From: Arcicella sp.
GTDB taxonomy: Bacteria; Bacteroidota; Bacteroidia; Cytophagales; Spirosomataceae
Reading direction: 5' to 3'
Length of the DNA stretch: 64,000 bases
NCBI GenBank assembly: GCA_025354645.1
Contig: JANXML010000158.1
Location: 19,316-83,315 of the forward strand
Shown here: one piece after another, positions 38,754 through 47,202 of the stretch
Layout: each line of letters begins with the position of its first letter
Numbering within the stretch: position 1 is the stretch's first letter
Notes under the pieces: model-generated
Databases searched by the model: none
What the model saw: the letters and a program-made list of their open reading frames with translations, nothing else
What the model was told of the DNA's origin: nothing
Translations under genes and position numbers: made by a program

Positions 38754-38932
38754 TGGGGGAATTGGATGGTATATTTTTGTTTGTAACTCTCAATGATAAA
38801 TATTCAATTTTCAAGTAAATGTTACTTAAATAATTATCACTTTAACAAAAATACAAACAGCAAGGCAAAGAGTTTATAAAGTGAAGAAAAGAATTAGGCT
38901 TTAAGTAATTATATTGTTAACTCATTTTCTTT

Positions 38933-38965
38933 ACTTCCCGAAAGTTATTTCTACTTTCAGGAAGT
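38933..38965. repeat. REP-like palindrome, ACTTCCCGAAAG family
   Basis: ACTTCCCGAAAGT-TATTTCT-ACTTTCAGGAAGT; related copy at 51152-51197. Confidence 0.6.
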
Positions 38966-38980
38966 TCTCAATCTGATATT

Positions 38981-39694
38981 CTACAAATTATTTTTATGCC
39001 GAATACTAACCGCCGAACCTTTCGCCATAAACACACTATCAGCTTGATTTTTATTCAAAAAGGCAAACTGGTTTCCGTATAATTTCTCGAAATCACATTC
39101 AATATTATAGTTTTTGACCTTATGAATTAACCATGAAGGATGTTCAACGCCATATTCAAAAGTGGTTTTCTCGCTATATTTTGCATAGCCCCAATAGTGT
39201 TCCGCAATGAATTGTTCCTTGCTTCCTGCAATTAATGATGAGGTGGTTTTCTCAGTGGTTGCTTCTAATTTATTCCAAATTCCTTTAAACTTCCAATGAT
39301 ACCCCAAATTGATTTCATTTTCTGTTTCTTTGTGAAAATGATTCATCGGTAATGTTACGTATTTCTCTCGATATAACGTATTGGCAATTAGTGTAATAGC
39401 AAATTTTGGTACGATTTCTTTAATAAAAACTGCTCCTCTTTTCCAAATATTTCCATCTTTAACTCGAACATAAAACCTAAGATTTACCTCTTCAAAATTG
39501 ATGTGAAAAGGAAAAGACAAACCTAAAATTTTCGTTTTTTCAAACATGAAACCAATCAAACTAACGTAGCACACACCATTAAAAAAGTCTAATTCTGTTT
39601 TGGGAGGTAGATAGGGTACTAATATTTTGGGGTCAATAACGTAATTCGCCATGATGAGATTATTCCATTCGGCGGTTAAAAATTTGTTTGGCAT
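38981..39694 (-). CDS. YqjF / DUF2071 family protein
   Basis: FLTAEWNNLIMANY, FEEVNLRFYV, EHYWGY, VEHPSW. Confidence 0.85.
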   Translation of the reverse strand: MPNKFLTAEWNNLIMANYVIDPKILVPYLPPKTELDFFNGVCYVSLIGFMFEKTKILGLSFPFHINFEEVNLRFYVRVKDGNIWKRGAVFIKEIVPKFAITLIANTLYREKYVTLPMNHFHKETENEINLGYHWKFKGIWNKLEATTEKTTSSLIAGSKEQFIAEHYWGYAKYSEKTTFEYGVEHPSWLIHKVKNYNIECDFEKLYGNQFAFLNKNQADSVFMAKGSAVSIRHKNNL

Positions 39695-39828
39695 GATGTT
39701 TTTTATTGTTGATGTATATAGAAAACTACGTAATGATAAAAGTGTTTTAAATCCTTTAATTCGTATTTTTTGATAGATAAATTGTGTAAATTGTATTTAA
39801 AATTGTTGTCCCTCTAAAATTTAAAGCT

Positions 39829-40398
39829 ATGAAAAAAATATATTCTATCGCCTTTCTGGTCATTGTCAGCATTATTTTAATAAGCATAAGTTCCTTTCAA
39901 ATTCAGAATGAATCTTCGCTAAAAAAAGAAAAATCCTTAGCATCTTTCAAGCAAATGCTCACGGTTATTAAGCACCCTCGTTGTATGAATTGCCATCCTT
40001 CCGACGATAGCCCAAGACAAGGAGATGACCGACACGTTCATCTTTTTAATGTTCAACGGGGAAATGATAATGAAGGATTAGCAGCAATGCGATGTAATGC
40101 TTGTCACCAAAAAACAAACAATCCATATTCAAACGTACCAGGAGCTCCAAAATGGCATTTAGCACCCATAGGAATGGCTTGGCAAGGACTCACGGACGAA
40201 CAAATTGGCGAATCCATCTTGAATGAGAAAACAAATGGAGGTAAAAATTTGGAAGAATTAGTACACCACATGACCGAAGATACGTTAGTATTGTGGGCGT
40301 GGAATCCTGGAAAAGGACGTGCATTACCTCCACTAAATCAAGCACAATTTGCCAAAGCCGTGAAAGATTGGGCGGAGAACGGGGCGGTGGTGAAGTAA
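39829..40398 (+). CDS. Exported di-heme c-type cytochrome associated with an IorAB-type oxidoreductase
   Basis: Signal/TM segment; HPRCMNCH and CNACH heme motifs; first gene of the operon. Confidence 0.8.
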   Translation: MKKIYSIAFLVIVSIILISISSFQIQNESSLKKEKSLASFKQMLTVIKHPRCMNCHPSDDSPRQGDDRHVHLFNVQRGNDNEGLAAMRCNACHQKTNNPYSNVPGAPKWHLAPIGMAWQGLTDEQIGESILNEKTNGGKNLEELVHHMTEDTLVLWAWNPGKGRALPPLNQAQFAKAVKDWAENGAVVK

Positions 40399-40416
40399 GT
40401 TATTTGGTTGAAAGTT

Positions 40417-40449
40417 AACGCAGGCAGGGTTTTGAACCCTGCCTGCGTT
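40417..40449. repeat. GC-rich perfect 15-bp hairpin (REP-like) inside the operon
   Basis: AACGCAGGCAGGGTT-TTG-AACCCTGCCTGCGTT; no U-tract. Confidence 0.8.
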
Positions 40450-40485
40450 CTCACAATAAATTTAAGAAAATTAAACTTCCCCAAA

Positions 40486-40941
40486 ATGAAAATTGATTTT
40501 ACCGTTAATGGCAATCCCCAAACAGTTGATGTGCCTGAAAATATGCCTCTTTTGTGGGTGATTCGTGATGTTTTGGATATGAAAGGCACAAAGTTCGGTT
40601 GTGGACAAGCGGCTTGTGGATCTTGCACGATTCATATTGACGGTGATGCCGTGCGTTCGTGTTCTTTTGCGGCACAATATGCTCAAAATAAGCACATTAC
40701 GACAATTGAAGGGCTTTCAACTGCTGAAAAATTACACCCCGTTCAACAGGCTTGGATTGAGGAAATTGTGCCTCAATGTGGGTATTGCCAGCCAGGTTTT
40801 ATGATGTCAGTAGCTAATTTACTGGATAAAATACCAAATCCTACCGATGAAGAAATTGATGACTATATCACGAATATTTGTCGTTGTGGAACGTATTATC
40901 GTATGCGAAAAGCCATTCATCGGGCAGTTCAACTGAAATAA
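40486..40941 (+). CDS. 2x[2Fe-2S] small subunit (IorA/CoxS-like)
   Basis: [36 protein letters not shown]. Start at ATG 40486. Confidence 0.93.
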   Translation: MKIDFTVNGNPQTVDVPENMPLLWVIRDVLDMKGTKFGCGQAACGSCTIHIDGDAVRSCSFAAQYAQNKHITTIEGLSTAEKLHPVQQAWIEEIVPQCGYCQPGFMMSVANLLDKIPNPTDEEIDDYITNICRCGTYYRMRKAIHRAVQLK

Positions 40942-40942
40942 G

Positions 40943-41179
40943 GATGTTCGTTTTTCGATGTTCGATGTTCGATGTTTGGGATTCGATGTCCGTTTTCGAT
41001 GTTTGGGATTCGATGTTCGATTTTTGATGTTCGGATTATCAATATTTAGAAACGTAAATAATATCAAATAACAAACATCGTAAACTCGAATATCGAAAAA
41101 CAAACATCGAAACTCTAATATCGAAAAACGAATATCGAAAACTCGAACATCTAACATCGAAAAACAAGCATCGAAAAAA
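40943..41179. repeat. Large paired inverted heptamer cassette (GATGTTC / GAACATC)
   Basis: About 13 GATGTTC-like units (40943-41032), ~40-nt spacer, about 15 GAACATC-like units (41073-41179). Confidence 0.92.
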
Positions 41180-41182
41180 AAT

Positions 41183-43363
41183 ATGAAAAAGAAAACGGTA
41201 AATCGTCGAGGTTTTATCCTCAAAACGGGCGTTGGTCTGGGGGTTTTGTTGGGCGTTGGCGTAATTGCTTGCGGACCTCTAAGAAGAACTAGTGCACAAA
41301 AAGTTGATGAAGGTCCCCCTGGATATAAAAATGAATACGAAGCCTTCATTTGGTTTGAATTACAACAAGATGGAAGCATAATTCTACATTCTCCGAAAGT
41401 TGAAATGGGGCAAGGAATTTTTACAGCCTTAGCTCAAATTGCCGCTGATGAACTTGAAATGGATTTTAAAAATATTAAAGTTGTTCATGCAACTACCGCT
41501 CACGGACCGATTGATTCGCTTTCAACGGGTGGTAGCTTAACGGTTTCGAGTCTTTATCAACCGCTTCGTGAATTGGCTGCCACCATGCGAGAAATGATTA
41601 AAATGAATGCAGCAACCATTATGGGCGTTTCTGCCAATACCTTAACCGTAAAAAACGGTGAAGTAATTGGAACAAATGCAAAATTGTCTTTTGCAGAAAT
41701 TGCCACAAAATCAACTAATTGGAATCTTAAAATAAAGGAGTCAGTACTGAAATCACCGAAAGATTTTACAGTTATTGGCAAACCACTTCCACGCATTGAT
41801 TTAGTGCCAAAGGTGAAAGGCGAAACGTTGTATGGCATTGATTCAACTTTTCCTGATATGCTTTTTGGGTCGGTTGTTCGCCCACCCGTTTTTGGAGCAA
41901 TTTTTAAAAGTGCCGAGGTTGGAAATGCTTCAAATATGCCTGGCGTAGTGAAAGTGGTGATTGAAAAAGATTTTGCAGGGGTCGTTGCAAAGTCTCGTGT
42001 GCAAGCCGAAGATGCGAAAAAAGCCTTGAAAATTAATTGGGGAATGCCCAAGAAATTAGTCAAACAAGCCGATGTTGATGCTTTGGTAAAAGTAGGAGTT
42101 GGAAAAGATGTTAAAATTCAAAAAGAAGGAAATACTGACATTTTGAAGGGGGAGGGAACAATTACCAGAGAATATTTTAGTCCGTTGGGTGTTCATGGAC
42201 ACATTGAACCAAATGGTGCAGCGGCTCATTTTCAAGGTGATAAAGTAGTTATAAAAATGAGTACCCAAGTTGCCAGTATTACCCGTGATGAAGTGTCAAA
42301 AGCGTTGAAATTAGATAAAGAAAATGTTGATATTCAGTCACAATTTTTGGGTGGAGGTTTTGGTAGGAGATTGCAAACACCTCATGCCATCGAAGCCGCT
42401 TTAATGTCAAAAGCAGTTGGAAAGCCCGTTCACGTGTTTTTTGAGCGTACCGAAGAATTTCAAAATGGGGTTTTGCGTCCACCAACGCACAATATTCTAA
42501 AAGCAAAATTAGATGCCAATGGAACTATTGAAGCAATCGAACATCATACTGCGAGTGCCGATGTTGCTTTTAATTCCTCCATTTTAGCCAACGTTTTCAA
42601 ACCATTAAGTGCTTCTTTAGCAGAAGGAATTGTTGGGGCAGATTTTGGTGCTTGGCGAGGCGGCATGATTCATTACAAAAATATCAAAAATTACAGCACA
42701 ACCGCCTACCACAAAGAACTCCCTTTTCAAACCAGTTGGTGGCGTGGTTTAGGACTTTTGGCAAACACATTTGCGATAGAATCTTTCATGGACGAACTCG
42801 CTCATCAATCTAAACAAGATCCTTTGGCTTTCAGATTAAAACACCTTGCCGATGATGAACGAGGGCAATCTATTAAAAATGTTTTAAAGGCAGCTTGTGA
42901 AAAAGCGGGTTGGGGAAAATCCCTCCCAGAAGGGCGTGGAATAGGTTTAGCCTGTTCGATTGACGTAAATACGCCTGTGGCACAAGTGGCAGAAGTTGAA
43001 ATTAAAAATGGTCAAATTAAGGTTAAAAAAGTTACCTGTGCGATTGACCCTGGAATTATTATTAATCCAGATGGCGTAAAAGCACAGTCGGAAGGAGCAA
43101 TTATTATGGGTTTGAGTGCCACACTTTTTGAGGAAGTTACCATTAAAGATGGAAAAGTAATACCAAATGCTTTTGGGTATTATCCAATTGCATACATGCG
43201 TGATGCTCCAGAAATCGAGGTCATTTTATTATCAAGCGGCGATAAACCCCGTGGTGTTGGCGAACCCCCAATTGGACCAATCGGAGCAGCAATTGCCAAT
43301 GCAGTTTTTAATTTGACAGGAAAAAGATTAAATAAAATTCCTTTGCAAATGGATATTTCGTAG
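41183..43363 (+). CDS. Molybdopterin-binding large subunit (IorB / xanthine dehydrogenase family) with Tat-like signal
   Basis: NRRGFILK, KVEMGQG, LGGGFGRR, WWRGLG, NPDGVKAQSEG, GVGEP. Confidence 0.92.
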   Translation: MKKKTVNRRGFILKTGVGLGVLLGVGVIACGPLRRTSAQKVDEGPPGYKNEYEAFIWFELQQDGSIILHSPKVEMGQGIFTALAQIAADELEMDFKNIKVVHATTAHGPIDSLSTGGSLTVSSLYQPLRELAATMREMIKMNAATIMGVSANTLTVKNGEVIGTNAKLSFAEIATKSTNWNLKIKESVLKSPKDFTVIGKPLPRIDLVPKVKGETLYGIDSTFPDMLFGSVVRPPVFGAIFKSAEVGNASNMPGVVKVVIEKDFAGVVAKSRVQAEDAKKALKINWGMPKKLVKQADVDALVKVGVGKDVKIQKEGNTDILKGEGTITREYFSPLGVHGHIEPNGAAAHFQGDKVVIKMSTQVASITRDEVSKALKLDKENVDIQSQFLGGGFGRRLQTPHAIEAALMSKAVGKPVHVFFERTEEFQNGVLRPPTHNILKAKLDANGTIEAIEHHTASADVAFNSSILANVFKPLSASLAEGIVGADFGAWRGGMIHYKNIKNYSTTAYHKELPFQTSWWRGLGLLANTFAIESFMDELAHQSKQDPLAFRLKHLADDERGQSIKNVLKAACEKAGWGKSLPEGRGIGLACSIDVNTPVAQVAEVEIKNGQIKVKKVTCAIDPGIIINPDGVKAQSEGAIIMGLSATLFEEVTIKDGKVIPNAFGYYPIAYMRDAPEIEVILLSSGDKPRGVGEPPIGPIGAAIANAVFNLTGKRLNKIPLQMDIS

Positions 43364-43393
43364 ATTCTAAGCATCCAAAATGGAGTTAATAAA

Positions 43394-43498
43394 AATAGGT
43401 CGGTTTTCCCACTAAGGCTTGATAAAATGCAAAAATCAAGCACTTTACCAAGTTCCAACGAGACAACCGACTTATTGACAACGGATTTCAACCCGTTG
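43394..43498. repeat. Composite REP-like element
   Basis: AATAGGTCGGTT/AACCGACTTATT stem enclosing CTTGAT/ATCAAG, followed by the hairpin CAACGG-ATTTCAAC-CCGTTG. Confidence 0.5.
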
Positions 43499-43714
43499 AG
43501 ATGTGCAAGTAACTATTAATCAAGTACTTATAATTTCAATTATTTTTTAATATAAAATAAGTATTTCAATTTAATTTTATCCTACAACAATATCTTCAAT
43601 TCATTTTTTTCGTAATTTTATATTATTACTGGTAAAATATTTTTAACCAATAATTATACAGCCACCAAAAAACGGCATAATTTTAGGTTACATTAATCGT
43701 GTAACGTAAAATTA

Positions 43715-44962
43715 TTGATGAATATGAAAAAACTACTTTTGGTAGCTTTTGTAATCCTTACAAACTCAACTTTCGCTCAAACTTTCATGGCACAAACAGA
43801 CCCACCGATGTTAGGGAAAGTTTGTCCTGAATTCAACATGTCTGTCATAACACCCAATGGCACCGAAAAAAATCTTTCATTAAGTGACCTTCGAGGAAAA
43901 ATTATTGTGATGGAATTTTGGGCAACTTATTGTGCTCCTTGTATTCCTTCCTTAAAACACTTTGATAAACTGCAAGCCCAATTTGGCGATGCCGTAAAAT
44001 TCATTGCAATTTCTGAGGAAAATAGAGATAAAGTTGATGCGTTTATGGCAAAAAGAGGAAACACAAATATTACTTATGCAATGGATTGGGGACGAAAATT
44101 GAATGCGATGTTTTATCACCATTTTATTCCTCATACGGTTGTGATTGACCAAGATGGCGTGGTGCAAGCATTTTGTTCGCCCGATGAAATTGACCAGTTT
44201 GTCATTGGTAAATTAATCAACCGTGAACCCGTTGCTTTCACGATGAAACATGAATATCAAGAAGCCTCATACTCGCAATCAACGGGGATTTTGCAAAATT
44301 ATGACCAACCAATTATTGTTAATAAACCCAAAAACCAGACTTACAAAATTGAGTTTTCAAATTATAAAGAAGGATACGCTACTGAATTTGTGAAAGAATC
44401 TTCAACCGAATACAAGTTTGTGAATTGCCCGTTGACCTTAATTTACCAAATTTTATACGATCAAAAGACCAGTAGAGTTTTATTGGATGTCAATGATAAA
44501 TCGAAATATTCATTTGAAAATCAAAATCTTTACTGTTTAGAATTAAGTGTCCCAGATTATTTAGGGAAAAATATTCAAGAAGTAGGATTGCAACAATTAG
44601 AATCACTTTTTCCTTTAAAATCAAAGATTGAAGCCAGAATACAAAAAGTTTTTTCTATTCAAAAATCAGATTTACAAAGAGCAACTAAAAGCGTTGATAG
44701 TACTGGAATTATTCAGAAAGGCTTGACAATCAAAGACTTGATGAATTATTTGGAAAGTAATCCGCAATTAGTTGGAAATTTGCCAATAATTAATGAGTCA
44801 GGTTTACCAGATAACACGCTTTTAGATTTGGATTGGTTTCAAAATTACCCTGATTCTGTCGAAAATCGATTGCGTACACTTGGTTTAAAAGGGGAGTTTA
44901 AGATGGCAGATATTGCTTGTTTAGTTCTTTTTGAACCGAGATTGGTAAGTAAAAATGAATAA
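43715..44962 (+). CDS. TlpA-family thioredoxin-like protein with C-terminal extension (DUF3738-like)
   Basis: Signal peptide; LRGKIIVMEFWATYCAPC; IPHTVVID. The C-terminal family assignment is tentative. Confidence 0.75.
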   Translation: MMNMKKLLLVAFVILTNSTFAQTFMAQTDPPMLGKVCPEFNMSVITPNGTEKNLSLSDLRGKIIVMEFWATYCAPCIPSLKHFDKLQAQFGDAVKFIAISEENRDKVDAFMAKRGNTNITYAMDWGRKLNAMFYHHFIPHTVVIDQDGVVQAFCSPDEIDQFVIGKLINREPVAFTMKHEYQEASYSQSTGILQNYDQPIIVNKPKNQTYKIEFSNYKEGYATEFVKESSTEYKFVNCPLTLIYQILYDQKTSRVLLDVNDKSKYSFENQNLYCLELSVPDYLGKNIQEVGLQQLESLFPLKSKIEARIQKVFSIQKSDLQRATKSVDSTGIIQKGLTIKDLMNYLESNPQLVGNLPIINESGLPDNTLLDLDWFQNYPDSVENRLRTLGLKGEFKMADIACLVLFEPRLVSKNE

Positions 44963-44963
44963 T

Positions 44964-45092
44964 TAATTAGTTGTTAGGTGTTATAAATTAGTTTTCAAAT
45001 CGTTGATTAATGAAATAAATTTGTTTTAAAATAGTTGATAATTAGAGTTTTACAATTATTTTTTACCAATAACCGATAACCAATAACTAATT
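44964..45092. repeat. Degenerate paired heptamer cassette
   Basis: Weak left arm TTAGTTG TTAGGTG; right arm ACCAATA ACCGATA ACCAATA ACTAATT (45065-45092). Confidence 0.5.
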
Positions 45093-45154
45093 ACTACTAA
45101 ATATTCGGTTCTCGTTTCTTATCTTTACCACCATAATTAATTTTAAGTTTAAAT

Positions 45155-45523
45155 ATGAAAAAAGTCTTAATTGCCGAAGATAGCTCTGTTATTCAAAACC
45201 TTGCTAAGAAAATATTAGAATTTCAGAACTTTGAAATTCATTCAGTAAAAAATGGTCAGCAAGTATTAGATGCTCTTGAAAAAGAAGATTTTGATATTCT
45301 ATTGCTCGACATCAATATGCCCGTGATGGACGGAATGGAGTGTGCAAAAGCCGTTCGTGGGTTGAAAGATGAAAAGAAAGCGAAATTGCCAATGATTGCT
45401 ATTACTGGTAATGCCCGCAACTATTCAATGGACGATTTTAAAGAAGCGGGTTTTGACGATATGTTGGCAAAACCATTAAATTTCGATGCCTTAGTGGCAC
45501 AAGTTAAAGCCTTAACGGAATAA
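45155..45523 (+). CDS. Single-domain response regulator (CheY-like)
   Basis: IAEDS, LLDINMPVMDG, AITG, LAKP. Confidence 0.93.
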   Translation: MKKVLIAEDSSVIQNLAKKILEFQNFEIHSVKNGQQVLDALEKEDFDILLLDINMPVMDGMECAKAVRGLKDEKKAKLPMIAITGNARNYSMDDFKEAGFDDMLAKPLNFDALVAQVKALTE

Positions 45524-45529
45524 TTTTTC

Positions 45530-45666
45530 AGGTATGAGATATGAGGTTGTAGGTATGAGGTAGTAAAAATAAGGTATTAAAAAATTGCAGAAAATGAAAA
45601 TTCTGTAATTTTTGCCTAAAACTTCACATCTATGACCTCATACCTTATACCTACAACCTCATATCT
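45530..45666. repeat. Paired inverted heptamer cassette (AGGTATG / CATACCT)
   Basis: Left arm AGGTATG AGATATG AGGTTGT AGGTATG AGGTAGT; the right arm contains the exact reverse complement ATACCTACAACCTCATATCT. Confidence 0.88.
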
Positions 45667-45672
45667 AACATC

Positions 45673-46437
45673 ATGCAAATCACCTTCTTAGGCACTGGTA
45701 CATCGCAGGGCGTTCCCGTAATTGCCTGTGGATGCGAGGTTTGCCAATCCCTTGATTTTCGAGATAAAAGACTTCGAGTTTCCATTCACATTGAAGTGGA
45801 TGGAAAAAGTTTTGTTGTGGATACAGGTCCCGATTTTAGACAGCAAATGTTGCGTGAAAGAGTTAAAAATGTTGATACAATTCTGTTTACCCACGAACAT
45901 AAAGATCATACTGCTGGATTGGACGACGTGAGAGCCTATAATTTTTTCCAAAAACGTGATATGCCTATTTACGCAAGAAAACACGTTTTGGAGCAAATTA
46001 AGCGTGAATTTCATTATGCTTTTACGGAAATAAAATATCCAGGAACTCCTCAAATTACTTTAAATGAAATCGAAAATCAACTTTTTCAAGTAGAAGGAAT
46101 TGATATTTTGCCCATTGAAGTGATGCACTATAAACTACCTGTTTTTGGGTTTCGGATAAAAGATTTTACGTATATAACGGATGTGAATTTTATTTCAGAG
46201 GAAGAACTTGAAAAAGTAAAAGGCTCAAAAGTAGTTGTGATTGGGGCTTTGAGAAAACAAGAACATCTTTCTCATTTTACGCTCTTGGAAGCAGTTGAGG
46301 TTTTAGAAAAAATTGCTCCCGAACAAGCATACATTACACACATAAGTCATCAAATGGGCTTGCATCGAGAAGTCAATGAAGAATTACCAGCATATATCAA
46401 TTTAGCCTACGATGGGTTGGTCATTAATTTAGATTAA
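45673..46437 (+). CDS. MBL-fold metallo-hydrolase (PhnP-like)
   Basis: LGTGTSQGVP...C.C..C, DTGPD, THEHKDH, HISH. Confidence 0.9.
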   Translation: MQITFLGTGTSQGVPVIACGCEVCQSLDFRDKRLRVSIHIEVDGKSFVVDTGPDFRQQMLRERVKNVDTILFTHEHKDHTAGLDDVRAYNFFQKRDMPIYARKHVLEQIKREFHYAFTEIKYPGTPQITLNEIENQLFQVEGIDILPIEVMHYKLPVFGFRIKDFTYITDVNFISEEELEKVKGSKVVVIGALRKQEHLSHFTLLEAVEVLEKIAPEQAYITHISHQMGLHREVNEELPAYINLAYDGLVINLD

Positions 46438-46443
46438 CAAAAA

Positions 46444-47202
46444 ATGAAAAATATCCTATATTCCATTGCATTTTTAAGTTTGGTAACTTCTTGTACTCAA
46501 ACCAAAACTACCATCGAAACGACTGATACAGACGTCGTAACTAAAATTAATACTGTTGCAACGGACTCATCTACTTCAAAAGTTATGTATGTTGAAGAAG
46601 TTTTGGAATGTGTTGATTTACAAGGACTTGAGAAAAAATACGGGGCTAAAAATATTGTAAAAATTGATTCTATTGAATCTGGTGAAGGTTCTTTTGAAAC
46701 GACAAAGCTTTACGGAAATACAAACAAAGAAGTTGATATTTATTGGCAAGATGGTCATAAATTTAAACAAATTCAAGATGTTGTCATCAAAGGAAGATTG
46801 GATGAAAATGCCAAGTTGAAAAAAAATAGTCCGTGGGTTTCAAAACTTGGTTTGCGTTTAGGCATGAAAATGTCGGAAGTGATTGCTTTGAATGGTAAAA
46901 CTTTTACCATCACAGGAATCGGCTGGGATTTAGGAGGAAATGTAGTGAGTTGGGAAGGAGGAAAATTAGCCAATAAAAATGCAAATGTTCGTTTTAATGA
47001 TTATTCAGACAATATGGGAGGTTTAAAAGAATCTGAATATAGTTCCATTAGCGGTGACAGAGAATTTGACACGAAACATCCTGCTATTCAAAAATTAAAT
47101 CCAACAGTTGATGAATTTTCAATCTATAAAACTTTTGAAATTACGCCTGAATTAGGGCAAAAAATGACAAAAGAGGTTGAAAAAAAGCAAAATAAACGAT
47201 AA
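46444..47202 (+). CDS. Hypothetical lipoprotein
   Basis: Lipobox VTSC; no family recognised. Confidence 0.7.
   Translation: MKNILYSIAFLSLVTSCTQTKTTIETTDTDVVTKINTVATDSSTSKVMYVEEVLECVDLQGLEKKYGAKNIVKIDSIESGEGSFETTKLYGNTNKEVDIYWQDGHKFKQIQDVVIKGRLDENAKLKKNSPWVSKLGLRLGMKMSEVIALNGKTFTITGIGWDLGGNVVSWEGGKLANKNANVRFNDYSDNMGGLKESEYSSISGDREFDTKHPAIQKLNPTVDEFSIYKTFEITPELGQKMTKEVEKKQNKR

Noticed and set aside
40943-41179. Possible CRISPR array (also considered for 57112-57208 and 50030-50200)
   Set aside because: Units are 7-9 nt or contiguous 35-nt duplicates with no unique spacers, and no cas genes are present.
40819-41379. 186-aa minus-strand ORF with repetitive RTSNPKH / FDIR content
   Set aside because: It is antisense to iorA and iorB and is simply the stop-free translation of the heptamer cassette.
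41557-42506. Several 70-170-aa ORFs antisense to iorB, and similar short ORFs inside fumC, mutS, susC, dnaJ and others
   Set aside because: They are fully nested opposite or out of frame to well-supported genes and have no recognisable motifs.
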